Shown piece after piece: positions 37,391 through 49,860 of a stretch of DNA of 64,000 nucleotides (position 1 is the stretch's first letter; every line of letters begins with the position of its first letter). The stretch lies in assembly GCA_965113315.1 (NCBI GenBank), contig OZ220371.1. One strand, written 5' to 3'. Origin of the DNA: Podarcis vaucheri (taxonomy: Eukaryota). The translations under genes were made by a program, and so were the position numbers. The notes under the pieces were generated by a model, which did no database searches, was not told the DNA's origin, and saw only the letters and a list, made by a program, of their open reading frames with translations.

Positions 37391-38289
37391 TATACTGAAT
37401 TAGACAGGCCAGGAAGATCCTGCCTTGGGACTTTATGTTGAAGGGTGGGTAAGAAACTGAATTCATGATGTTGGCAGCTATAGCTGGTGTCTGGTGGACC
37501 TAGCAGTGGGGGTTCATGGGTCACAGGGATGTGGTCAGTTCTGGTTTTCTCCCTTGCAGAGTTGCTGTAAACATAAAAATAATGTAAACATTATAAAAAT
37601 AAAATAAACATAAAAATAAACACCTTGCCAGAGTTTCACGTGTGGATTCTTGTCAAAGAAGCCCTATATTACTCAGAAGTAAGCCCTGCTGAATTCAGTG
37701 AGGCTTGTTCCCTAATAAGGGAAACAGGTAAAAGGTGGATCCAGGTTATTTTAAACGGATCCTCGTGAATTCATATGATTTTTTCATTCAAATTAAATAA
37801 AACTGCCATGATACTGTAGGTCATGTCTTAGTCTGTGGGCAGCATTAAAAAAATTATGCATCCACTGTTTAGGGAAGTTTTTAATGTTTGAGGTTTTATT
37901 CTGTTTTTTGTGTTTTGCTGGGGAAACCCAACCAGATGGGTGGGGTATAAATAATAAAATTATTGTTATTATTACTATTACTATTCCTGCTGGAAGAGTT
38001 CATGACAGCTGGGATAACCGCAGAGGCCTGAACAATAACAACAAGAACAGACAAAGCCTACCTGAACTGTGCTCATACCACAGCCTCAGCGTCACAAACA
38101 TGGTATGCTCTACCAAGGCAAAACACTCAGTGCTCTGCAAACATCTTAGATCTCAGGTCACTGGCAGCAGCTGAACTGGATTGTCACCAGGCGATTGCAC
38201 TGAACTGTGTTAATGCCACACGGAGCCACCGCAGCACTGACTGCGACATGGTCACTCCCTGGTGGTGAGCAAAGAGGACCTGTAGCCAA

Positions 38290-38465
38290 TCTAACGTTCT
38301 GCACTTTGGCAGGAAGAACCAACTGCACCAATAGAAGATGAGGGACACCTGGTTTGCTGGTAGGAAAAAGGATCTAGGGATCTTAGTGGACCACAAGCTT
38401 AACATGAGTCAAGCTGAGAGTGATGCAGCAGCAAAAAATGCTAATGCTATTCTAGGCTGCAACAG
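38290..38465 (+). mobile_element. CR1 fragment
   Basis: KDLGILVDHKLNMSQ...AAKNANAILGC. Confidence 0.7.
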
Positions 38466-39288
38466 CAAAAGTGTCCAGAAGACAATGAACACAATGAAAT
38501 TTATTGAGCATTTATTCAAAATCCATTAAAAATATTTATTTTTATTCCATTCTCTTCCAGTTCTTCTTGACATGTGGAGTTACACAGGGAGTAGATCATA
38601 TATCCTAAGGAACGGAAAAACCCAAGATTCCGTGAGATCTTTTGAGGCAAAATAATGTTAACAATTTTCGGATCTCTCTCTGTCCCCTGCCCTGTCCTGT
38701 CTTTTGCCAAAACAGAGGTGTCAACCCTGTGCCCAGACAGAAAGGCCCACCCCCCTCAGCCTCCCTGAGGTGGTCCAGAGGAAAGAAGAGCAAGGCACAA
38801 GACACCAGCTGGGCTGCAGGAGTTGCCAGAAGGAGGCCTACAAAATGCCACTCAACCATCTTAGGGACTCCACTCTTCTCCCAAAGCCATCCTACGAGGC
38901 AGCGGAGGTTTAGAATCAGAGTTCTCCTCGACGGGCTCCTCCCTTCCGGGGGGATGAGCCCCATCGGCCCCTCACTTCCCTCTACGGCACGTGCACAAAC
39001 AGCTCCCTCTGGATCTCGTCCACTCCATCTGCCGGAGCCTGTCTTCTGACACAGGGGAAAGTCCCTCACTCACTGAGGGTTTGAGACCCATTGGCTCCCC
39101 TCCCCTGGTTCCCCGGCCTCTTCTCCCTCTGACTGCTTCTCCTTGTCCCCCCTCCACTCCCTGGGCTCTGAGACGTCTTCCCTTTCTGGTTGTCCAGCTG
39201 CTTCCTCCCACCATTCTTCTGTGCCCAACCAGTCCATGAGATTGTTCCACCCCTTGGCCTCTGTCCCCACAAGGCAGCTTGCCCCTAC

Positions 39289-41639
39289 CTGATCTGGTCC
39301 CACAGCCACTGCGTCCCTTCTGCCCCCATGAAAAGATGGAGAAGGAGGTCTTGCCGGCATCATTCTGTCACCTGCAAGAGAAAAAAGGTAAGCAGGATGC
39401 CAGGAGTGCCTGCTTCTCTCACAGATGAAATAGGGCATCTCTAACTACAGATGGGCTTCTGAGAAAGTCTTACCTGCTGAGTGCATTTGGCGTCCAGTGG
39501 AGCCCGAGGTCCGCACTACCTATAAATCTTCAATGATGGTGTCATCTAGATGGAAGAGAATGAGAATGAAAATGAAAATGAGATTTTCCAACAGGCCTTT
39601 AGTCAAAGGGTGCTGTCTCCAAGGTGTGGGGCTTATCTTCTTTCGGCTTCAGGCGGAAGCAAGCCAGGTCCGGCCAAACTACTGTCATCTGCAGAGGAAA
39701 GAAAAATCGGGGTCAGATGGGAGCAAGAGAGCACAGAAGCAGCGCCAAGCCAGGAAGGACGGATCTCCCTCTGTCTTGGGCCCAATCCCTTGTTCCAGAG
39801 GACCTCCCTGGGCCCTGTAGCCTCCTGGGCAGAGGTGGAAGGGCAGCAGCAGGAAAGGGGGCAGGAAAAGCCTCTAGCCTCATCCTGGCCCCCAGGAACA
39901 CACACCACATCATTTGCCTTAAAGATCATTTGGGGATGTGATCTTGGGGGGATGGAAGTAACCAAAGAAATGAATAGAAGAAGGCAAGGTACTTACTCTG
40001 AGGTTGGGGAATTTCCGGGCAACGGCCAGCAGCAAGGAAATGCTGCTGGCCGCTAGTTCTTGAGCTTCCCCACTTTCCCCCAGGGCATATCCTCAGAGGT
40101 CCTGCAGGAGGAAAGAGCGTCTCAGAGTCAGGGGCCAGTCTGGGCCAAAGCGGGCCCCCCACTGCCCCCACCACGGAGTCCCTGGCACTTCTGCACCATG
40201 AGGTTTTGCCAGCTTTTGTCTTGGGCCAAATTGGGGGCCAAACAGGCTCTGTGCCCCAGAAATGGGGCAGACCGTTGGGTAAGGGATGGGAGGGACAACC
40301 CTAAAACCACCCCGATGCCATCGGGACACTTACACTGAGAAGCTGGAGGAGGGTGGCAGGGTTGGGGGCTTCCATAAGGAGACTCCCCAGCAGGAGCCGG
40401 AAGTGCCTCTTCAGTTCCTGCGGGAAAAGAGAGAAGAGAGTGTGAATGCTGGGTTGGATTCTGCAAGTGTGTGACAAAGAAGAAGAAAGAGCCTGTGAAG
40501 GGAAGTCAAAACAAAGGACATACTTCTCTCTCCTCCTCCTCCTCCTTGGCCCCTTTCAGCACGGCCTCCAAGGTCCTGTGCAGGATTGCACTGATCATAT
40601 CACAGCTGACTTTGGGCCTCATGGTGCTGCAGAGATGAAAGGGAGAGGGTTAGGGTCTCCCTTGCCCCCTTCTCCCTCCTGCCTGCTCCCTAGAGTTCTG
40701 CCCCCCACCCACAACCCCATCCACGCCAAAGACCCCACTCACCTTAGCTGGAGGAGGGCCTCCAAGGCAAGGGCCAGGGGGCGATCCCTGAAGTGCTCCA
40801 GGGGCCCCAATATGTCCTAGAAGAGAATAGAGGAGGAAAATCAGCTCCGACCCCAAACACCAGGCTTGGCTTTGCATGGGAATGACAACCCCATGCCCTA
40901 AGCCGCAGGGTCCTCCTCTCCGCAGATGCACAACCCCTTCCCCCCACACCCCCCATCGCTCACCAGAATGGCTTGGGCTGTCTCCTGCTTGGAGCACTTC
41001 AGGGATCGGAGCCCCCTGAGCTCAGCTGCCTGGCAGCTCTGGATGACCCCCAGGAGGTAGATCTGTTCATCCTCCAGCAGCTGAAATGGAAAAGTCAGGC
41101 TGTCAGTTCCTCGTGAGGGGAGGGCTTCTCCGCATTTGAGAGTGCAGAGTGGGGGGGCAAAGAGCCCGGGCAGCGGGGGGCAGGTCTGAGGGATCCAGTC
41201 CCTGCTCTTGTTTTCTCCAATACTCACCCCTGGGGCTGGGATGCGGAACCGCAGCAGAACTGCAAACAGAAGGACATGGGGACAGGTGAGTCCGTCCCTG
41301 AGCACCTGGCAAAGCTATTCCAAGAGTTCTCTCCTGGATTCCAAGTCCTACTACAGGGATGGGACACCCCAGGCCTTGGGGGCCAGTCCTGGCCTCCTTT
41401 CCCCAGAATGTGGCTCCCCAGGGAAGGTGCCCCTCCCCCTGACAACTGCCACCCAGCCATGCCCCGCAGCCCAGCTCCCTGCTTCCTTCACTGGACCCCA
41501 CAAAACAGGTTGGCCCATTCCTGCCCTCCTCTGTTCGAAAAAGGAGGGCCGCTTCCTCACCTGGCGCCACGGGCTGCTGTGGGTCTGCTGGGAGGCCACA
41601 CTGTGGCAGCGTCTGAACAGGCACCTTAAGCACCTGATC
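39289..41639 (-). pseudogene. Multi-exon MROH (maestro HEAT-like repeat)-like pseudogene fragment
   Basis: Phase-compatible AG/GT exons: 41228-41347, 40964-41080, 40743-40816, 40524-40626 (STMRPKVSCDMISAILHRTLEAVL), 40334-40417 (ELKRHFRLLLGSLLMEAPNPATLLQLLS) and 39997-40101 (AQELAASSISLLLAVARKFP). These resemble sauropsid MROH7-like proteins. In-frame stops at 41315-41317 and 40093-40095. Confidence 0.6.
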
Positions 41640-42356
41640 CTAGAAGAGATGAGAGGAGAGAGCGACTCAGATGCCGGCAGCCCCAATTCTTGGGGGGGGG
41701 TTGTGTGTGAGGAGGGGCATCTGGAGAAAACAGTGAACCTTCCGAATTGGCAGAACAGAAATACATATGTGGAGCCTAATTGATCTTTGCCAGCCCATCA
41801 TGACCAATTCCTTCCATCTCTCTGCAGTTCAGTGACCTGAAGGGGCATCATCAGAGCCTGAAAGAGGCAGCCCAGAGCATGAAGGGCTGGCAAAGAGAGA
41901 AAGGAGGTCCCAAGTGGTCTGGGTTCAAGAGCTATGGCCATGCCAGGACCCAGAGAGCCTGGCCCTCCATTCATGCAGTCAAGCAGTGTATAAATTTCAT
42001 GAATCAAATGAAAAAAACAGGGAGAGGGGAGAGCTTTGGGTCATTCTTAACATTGTTACCGGAATTTTTGGAAAGGGTGGCGGGGGGTTTCCCCCTCCAG
42101 AAGGCACCATACCCCCCCTGACTGTACCCCAAATCAACACCTTCACTTCTGCAGATGTCCCCACAAAACACATCCTGACACAGTCCTTTCCTTTTTCTAT
42201 TCCAAAGGCTCCCATAAATAAGGGTAGAACATTTGCCCTAATGAAGGCTGAGCCTTTCGCTCACAAGGCACTCAACCAATCCGCTCAGGCTATCCAAAGA
42301 ACTGTCCAATAACAACCAGTGAGCGCCACGAAACAGCAGTCTGTCTAGAACAAAGC

Positions 42357-42540
42357 ACTGAGGGCACAAAGAGAAGGGGATGACAGAGAACGAGATGGTT
42401 GGACAGTGTTCTCAAAGCTACCAACATGAGTTGGACCAAACTGCAGGTGGCAGTGGAAGACAGGAGTGCCTGGTGTGCTCTGGTCCATGGGGTCATGAAG
42501 AGTCGGACACGACTAAACGACTAAACAACAACAACAACAG
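42357..42540 (+). mobile_element. RTE-BovB 3' end
   Basis: Same family as 25440; ends gagtcggacacgactaaacgactaaacaacaac. Confidence 0.8.
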
Positions 42541-43118
42541 AACAAAGCACACAGGCACTGCAGCTGCCGACCAGCCGCGGCCTCTGCTCTACAAGTAGGA
42601 ATTCCCACTGAGAAAAGGGGAAAGTCAGAACCAGCCATGAAAACCATTCTTGGTCCATTGAAACTAGTACCGGTATTTTGTGTTTCAGTCTAGGCTCTTG
42701 TACTACCAACCCAGCTGTACGCTTGTGAAACATGGACCACTTATAAACGCCATCTCCAACTCCTTGAAATATTCCATCAATTGTGGGAAAATGATTGCTT
42801 GTACATGAGAGCATGAGCAAAGTTCTTATTGTTGCAGGGTGATTTCATAGCTAGAAGCATCTTTGGAGCATGAACAGCGCGTGAACAGCTCGTGCTGTCC
42901 TATATGATTGGCTAACGTAGCATGGCCTGATGCTCGAACGGTCTAGTGCGAAGGTCCTTATCTGCTGGCTGAGAACAAATTGCTTGCTTGTATTTTGTAT
43001 CTTTCACACAATAAAAGCTGTGCTGCATTAGCCCTAGGAGCAGCCATATTTCGGAACCTATCATGGTGTGAGACTGATTTTTCTTTGGATGCCGAGCTGC
43101 AACTCGACATTTGGTGCC

Positions 43119-43487
43119 CGTTCTCATTTGACCTTTAAGACCCTTCTCAACAAGCAATTGGGAGGTCGATCGCCTACTGTATCTGAAATACCTAATGCTG
43201 TACATCAAGTATTGTTTATTCTAAATCATCTCTTGTATCCCCACAATAAGGATTTTACACCTGCTGAACTTCATTTCCGGAAGGAAGAAGTATTGCAACG
43301 CCCTTTAGTGTCTTACAGGTTGCTTCCAGATCCACAGTGGAAGGGTCCAACTTCCTTGATTTCCTGGGGTTGCGGATTTGCGGCAATTGACGTAGACGGA
43401 GTTCCCCGATGGGTTCCAGCCCGCTGCGTTCGACCTTGGCGCTCTTCTGTTGCCTCGTCTTCACCCAAGGAGACACCAGCACCTTGA
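43119..43487 (+). pseudogene. ERV integrase C-terminal remnant
   Basis: RSHLTFKTLLNKQLGG...VLFILNHL...TPAELHF...WKGPTSLISWGCGFA...PRWVPARCVRP, a betaretrovirus-type IN tail. Confidence 0.8.
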
Positions 43488-44049
43488 AACCGTATTTTAC
43501 GCTGTTTGCCGGTGATGACCTCTCACCTGACCTCAACCCGCATTGCAGTTGGAGACATCGCCATATTGATGTGCCCTGGATGAAGTCACCTTCCACAGCT
43601 GTTCCAGTGTTTCCTGGCACGTTGAAAGGCCATCTTCAACCCTATCGCGTTGGCCCCCCTTCCCCCTGGGAAGCTACCGTTTCTACCACTTATCGTTACA
43701 GTTTTGCCGCCTCTTGTCTGGGAAATGAACCTGGCTTTGAAGGATGCCCTCGTCAGACCGGCATCGCTTGGGTTTTGCCCCCTAATAGCAACCATCCCAT
43801 CTGTGTCATCACGTTTCGTTGGGCTTGGACTTTTGACTCAGCAGTACAAGGAGCAATACATCAGACCTATTTACAGCAAATGGGCTCCTGTATCTGCAGA
43901 AATGGCTGTGTGGTTTCTTCTGGATTGTGGTTTTTACATGCCAATAATCGAGCCACGAAATATCACGCAGGTTGCTCAGAAACAGCCATTGGACTAATTT
44001 ACCATTCTCATCCTTATTGGCATCACTTGGATTTTACCCCCCAGATATT

Positions 44050-44390
44050 TTTTTTTTCTCCTCCCTCAGGAGTCCTGCCTTATGATGTGTTCCCCTGAGC
44101 ATGTACAGAGGGCTGTCTTGGAACTATTGTGGACTCTTGGCAAGGGAGGGGGTGAGGGATTTTAGTGTGTTCCAGTTGTTTCATTCTTGTGCTTTGGCAT
44201 GGTTCCCGGACAGAAAGTTGCAATATGGTTCTTTAGCAAGGCCTGTGGAGACAATGGGCTCTGTTTTCGACCTTGTTGCAATCTTTCAGTTACAGCAAGC
44301 GGAATATGCTTGGCTAGTGCCTTTTAGCTGCTGAGAAAAATGATTTTAAAAAGCTTCTCAAAGCTTTGAACCTTTTTTTGGGTGGTGGTA
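44050..44390 (-). mobile_element. Partial foreign LTR fragment inside env
   Basis: Aligns by eye with 53880-54210 of the LTR inserted in the Gypsy gag. T-run at the left junction; no TG/CA ends. Confidence 0.7.
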
Positions 44391-45258
44391 TTCTAGCATT
44401 CCTATAAATGCTTCATATAAGATTAGCAATAATATGAAGGACAATCGCATAAGTTTACCTCCTGTATTTCTATTGCTTGTAGAATTAGCTCCTTATTGTT
44501 TTCATTTTAATCACAATAGCAAAAAATTTTTAGGTCATTATCCATATTGTAATTGGACATATGAATACATTAATGGATCTTCTTGTTTTCTTAATGTTAC
44601 AACCATGAGTGGCAGACCAAAGGTTTTAGTTAATAATGTCACAACTTACATGACCTATGAACAACAAGCTGCGTGTAGAGACTTTTATGTTTGGTTCGAC
44701 TGGATGAGAAAGAGCAGCAGAACTACATGTTTGCTTCAATCTGATTTATGGTTATTTTGTGGCACACATGCCTACAAAGAAATCCCCTCTGCCTTTTTTG
44801 GTACCTGCACGTTAGGTATAGTGGTACCCTTGGTGTATAAAATAGATAAGCTCCCAACGGTCCGTTTGCGTAACAGAAGGGAAGTACAATCACCTATTTC
44901 TCAATCTCTAGGTCCCTTCTGCCTTCTTTAGGTGCAGCCATGAATTACCGTGATCTGCATAAATTGGCAAACTGGACAGAAAATTTGTTCAATTCCACCA
45001 TCTTGGCTTTAAAAATGATTAACAAAGAAATGTCAGAAATAAGAGAAGTTGTTTTATAAACTTTTTATGCTTTAAATGTAATCTTTGCATCTAAAGGTGA
45101 AATTTGTGCCTTAATTCATTCTCATTGCTGTATGTATATAACTGATCAATCGACCAATATCTCTGCTACTATTGATTATATGGAACAAATGATAGCCCAT
45201 AATCCTTTGAATCCACCTGAAGGTTTTGATCCATGGGATTGCTTATTTTCTTGGTTGC

Positions 45259-45657
45259 TGTCAGGGGTTCAGGAGCAGAGACGCAGAGAAGGGAGGAAAC
45301 AGAGAGCGAGGGGGAGGAATACGAAGGAGGGATGAGTGGGGATGACGACCCGAGATCCCCGAGCCTGTCCAGTGAGTCCGGGGATTCCCAGAAGGGAGCG
45401 CCAGCGGTCAGAGCAAGGGGGGAGAGCAGGGGGAAACCCCAGGCAGAAGGACCCAGAGACGTTAAGGAGAGGCGCAGGAGATGGAGCAAGGCTAGGGTAT
45501 TAAGCTGGTGTGCTAGAGGCGGAGACTCAGACGGATCTTCGCCGGCCTGACATAGAAGACGTAGGGCTGCACATTGCAGTTTGGAAATGGAACCTGTATA
45601 ACGTGAACGCTGGTAGCGTGGTCCTATGTGAGCTGGGACTGGGTAGCAGCCCTGACA
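45259..45657. mobile_element. Solo LTR inserted in env TM
   Basis: TGTCAGGG...CCCTGACA termini; 5-bp TSD GTTGC; env reads FSWL|PNGLW across it. Confidence 0.85.
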
Positions 45658-46505
45658 GTTGCCTAATGGATTATGGTTAAGAAATATATTATTGATTGTA
45701 ATTGCATGTATTGCTGGCTTCATTATGGTGTGTTGTTGCATTCAATGCATACCCTCTTTGATTTCCCAATGCACTGCATGGTGGTACCGACCACGGCCCA
45801 CCACAGGGGTTACAAGAGGAGTTTATGTTGCAAAGTGTAGACGCTTAGGCAATGAAGTGTACGATTTGGAATGATGGTCCCTCTTTTCCTCTAATAATAT
45901 AAACAAGAAAAGGGGACATGTGGGAAAATGATTGCTTGTACATGAGAGCATGAGCAAAGTTCTTATTGTTGCAGGGTGATTTCATAGCTAGAAGCATCTT
46001 TGGAGCATGAACAGCGCGTGAACAGCTCGTGCTGTCCTATATGATTGGCTAACGTAGCATGGCCTGATGCTCGAACGGTCTAGTGCGAAGGTCCTTATCT
46101 GCTGGCTGAGAACAAATTGCTTGCTTGTATTTTGTATCTTTCACACAATAAAAGCTGTGCTGCATTAGCCCTAGGAGCAGCCATATTTCGGAACCTATCA
46201 TGGTGTGAGACTGATTTTTCTTTGGATGCCGAGCTGCAACTCGACAATCAATGGTTTCTCCGAAAAATGTAACACACCACTTGGGAAGGCAGGCAAACTA
46301 ATACCAGTGTCCTGGAAGAAGCAAAGATCACCAGTGTTGAAGCAAGGATTCTTCAACACCAACTTGGTTGGACAGATCGTGTGATTCGGATGCCTGATTA
46401 TCGTCTTCCAAAGCAACTATTCTATTCCAAACTTAAAAATGGAAGGCATAATGCTGGTGGCCAACAAAAGAGGTTTAAAGACTCTCTCAAGGCCAATCTA
46501 AAAAC

Positions 46506-48360
46506 ATGTTGTTGTTTTAATTTTCAAATATCTTTATTTAAACTTAACATATATAACATAATAACCAAAATTCCCAATGATTCCCTCACATAAAATATAA
46601 TATCTAAATTACAACAGTTGCATAATTATACACTTACTTATAAAACCCACCACCCACCCTCTACTTCCCTCCACAGCAATTTGGCTTCTTTATATTTCTT
46701 TCTACCTTTTTTCCTTGCATTCTATAATAAATTATTTTTGTTAAATTCTGATTTTTCCTTCTTTCTATATTTGTTTTGTTATTGCTTACATTTTTTATTC
46801 TAAGCCTATTAACATGTCATTTTTAGAACAATATTTTGACAATATTTTAGAACAATATTTTGATTATATATCTTCGAAATACTTCCAGTCCATTCTTAAC
46901 TTTTGATTTGATTGGTATCTTATAATTGAAGTTAATTTTGCCAATTCTATATACTCGCTTAATTTACAAATCCACTCTTCCTTTGTTGGTATGTCCTGAG
47001 ATTTCCATTTAATTTTTTTAAAAAAAAAAATTTATTATTGCTTTTTTTAAATACAGATATAAAGTCAGATCTAAGACAGAAATAACAGAAAGAAGAAAAA
47101 AGAAGAAAGAAATCCAAATTTCCAAGACATTTTTTCATAACCAATTGAACTTCCCCACATCTCCCTCACCCTGCATTCTTAACAATAAAAATATCAGCAA
47201 ATTATTACCTTGTTTCGCGTTTCTTTGTACTTTCCAAATATTATATTTTAAGTTTAAGATACTTATTATCAATATGCTTTTGCCATAAATTAAATATAAT
47301 ATTACATTAAACTTTAGCTCTTTCATAATTTATAACTTAGTTTCCTGTATCTCCAAATCTTGTTGCTGAAGCTGGATTTTCCAAATCATGCAAATTCTTA
47401 ACATTCATATAACTTATAATATTTTTGTAAATAGTCCTTAAATTTTTTCCAGTCCTCTTCCATTGTTTCTTCTCCCAAGTCTCGGATTCTGCCAGTCATT
47501 TCCGCCAATTCCATGTAATCCATCAATTGCGTCTGCCACTCTTCCAGCGTGGGTAAATCTTGTGTCTTCCAATATTTTGCAATAAGTATTCTTGCTGCTG
47601 TGGTTGCATACATTAAAAAAGTTCTATCCTTCTTTAACATTTTCTGGCCAACAATGCCAGAAATTAATTAATTAATTTTGTAATGAAATGATTTTATAAT
47701 GTTTTATCATTTTACTGTTGTCAGCCGCTCTGAGCCCAGCTTTGGCTGGGGAGGGCAGGATATAAATAAAATTTATTATTATTATTTATTATAGTAGCAA
47801 TCACTACCCTGGCAGCTGTTGTTGCATATAAAAATATTGCTTTTTTCATATGTGGTATGTCTTTGCCCACCAACCCTAACAGATAAGCTTCGGGATTTTT
47901 TATCAAGGTTCTTTTTAGCATTTTCTTAAGTTCCGCATGTATTATTCCCCAAAACTTCTTTATTTCCTTGCAACCCCACCACATATGAATTATCATCCAG
48001 GTTCTTTGTTACATTTCCAACAAAGGTTGGATTTTAATTTATAAATTTTGGCGAGTTTAACTGGTGTTAAATACCACCTGTAAAGCATTTTTTTAAATTT
48101 CCCCTTTGTCGTATAGCAGGCAGTAAAGCGAATATCCTCGCGACAGAGTTTCTCCCATTGTTCTAAATATATAGTATGGCCGATATCTTGTGCCCATTTG
48201 ACCATTGTTTCTTTTACCTCTTCATCCATCAAATCATAGTCCAATAATAGAGTGTACATTTTTGATAATAATTTCCTATTGGTTCGCAATATAATGGTGC
48301 TAAATAGCAATTGTTCTTTGGCAAAACCTTTTCTTTGATCTGCCTTAAACACACTTTTCT
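46506..48360 (-). mobile_element. Cluster of L1/Tx1-type LINE 3' fragments (with a short L2 tail at about 47720-47790)
   Basis: YRWYLTPVKLAKIY...CWKC, HMWWGC and YATTAARILIAKYWK motifs in several stacked copies. Confidence 0.75.
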
Positions 48361-49290
48361 GTTCAGAAGGAAAATGGCGACCAGAGGAGGCACTTGGGAC
48401 ATGGCTAGGGGCAGCCATCATCCCTGAAGCATGAGACCACGTACACAGCAACCCTTCTGCCTGGGTGATAATCACTGCCCTCCTGGTCTCTGGGTGCCAG
48501 ACAGGTAGCCATCTCAAAGACAAGAGTGGATCCAACCTACATGGATTGGGGACTTGGCCAGGACAATAGGGGGTACTCAACTTGGCTGAGAAACAGGACC
48601 ATGTATATATTTTCCTTTGTTTTACTGAATGGGTGTAAGGTGGAGGTCAAGGGAGGGACAGGGACAAACCTGATACTCAGGTTTCCGCCAGAAAAACCTC
48701 CCAGTTTGTGGTATTGAATGAAGACCAGGCCTTTACAGAGAGCCAAGGCTGTGCAGGGGACCCCAAGACTCACCCCGCCCCCAGAGATGAAGAGAAAGCG
48801 ATGCTACTTACAGCCTGCCCATGTTGTCCACAAAAAGATCCCATCCTCCTATCTAAAGTAACTATCTAAAATGCCCACCCAAGCCTAAATTTGACCCCAA
48901 CCCCAACCCCTGCCCTAAGTCTATACCTAACCCTACACTTAACCCTAACTACTGCTCTATGTAAAAAATAAAAATATACAAAATATATACAGAATATGCA
49001 CAGATGTGCACAAAAAAACAAAAATATTAAAACAAAGAACAAACAATGAAATAAATAAAAGTGTTAAAATAAAATAAAATAAAATCAAAATAAATCAAAT
49101 CAAATCAAATAAATCAAATAAAAGTAATAAATGAAATCAAAATAAGAAAACGAAAAAAGAACAATTCACTAATCCTCCGCCTACTGTCCACCAACTGCGC
49201 CACCTCCTCTCTCCTCTCTCCTCTGACCTCTCCACACTAACCCACAATGGCCGCCTGCAAGTCAGTGGCTTTTAAAGGAGAAGCAAGAGA

Positions 49291-49430
49291 TCATAGAATC
49301 ATAGAATCATAGAGTTGGAAGAGACCACAAGGGCCATCGAGTCCAACCCCCTGCCAAGCAGGAAACACCATCAGAGCACTCCTGACATATGGTTTTCAAG
49401 CCTCTGCTTAAAGACCTCCAAAGTAGGAGA
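49291..49430 (-). mobile_element. CR1 3' end
   Basis: (atcataga)n tail followed by gttggaagagaccacaagggccatcgagtccaacccc. Confidence 0.75.
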
Positions 49431-49860
49431 TGTCACAAAGGAGGGCAGGTCCTTGTTGTGGGATGTGAAACACAAGAGTAGTCAAGTACAACATTTCTAG
49501 AGTTCCTCTGCATGTAACTAGAGGCGGGTGTGGCCTCACCTGTGCAGGTAATGACAAAAGCACAGGGCAGGGCAGCCATCTCTTTCTCTTTCACTGCATG
49601 CATTGAAGAAGCAACATCTGCTTAGCCAAAGATGCCCCCTTGGCTCCAGCCAAGAGAGGACAAAGGGACTGTCTTCTTATGGAATCATTTCCAAGTGTAT
49701 TTTACTTTTCTAAGCTAAGTCTGCCTTCTGGGATCCGAATGTGAACAGAATGATACGTGAGTAAACCTTTTTATACTTTTGTAGAAGACTGTGTCGTGTC
49801 TTATCTTTTATGAGCGAATAGGGGGGAAATACCAGAACAGTTATTATAGAGGCTTTAGCG

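Larger units (their letters stand above)
43409..45874 (+). pseudogene. env: ERV env, disrupted
   Basis: Signal-peptide-like start at 43409; LWLFCG...GTCTLG; furin site RNRR (about 44869-44880); a frameshift; stop at 45057; ISD-like region and CALIHSHCC (CX6CC); TM helix ILLIVIACIAGFIMVCCCIQC. Two nested inserts. Confidence 0.85.
42782..46246 (+). mobile_element. Internally deleted class II (beta-like) endogenous retrovirus with gamma-type env
   Basis: Two 328-bp TG...CA LTRs (42782-43109 and 45919-46246) that read identical; 6-bp TSD ATCAAT; partial PBS tggtgcccg; PPT aaacaagaaaaggggaca; integrase C-terminus followed by env. Confidence 0.92.
42720..46505 (+). mobile_element. RTE LINE fragment split by the ERV (42720-42781 and 46247-46505)
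   Basis: CETWTTYKRHLQLLEIFHQ continues after the ERV as ...RMPDYRLPKQLFYSKLKNG...QKRFKDSLK. Confidence 0.7.

Noticed and set aside
45233-45550. 105-aa acidic/Ser-rich ORF inside env as a possible accessory gene
   Set aside because: It lies in a solo LTR with its own 5-bp TSD.
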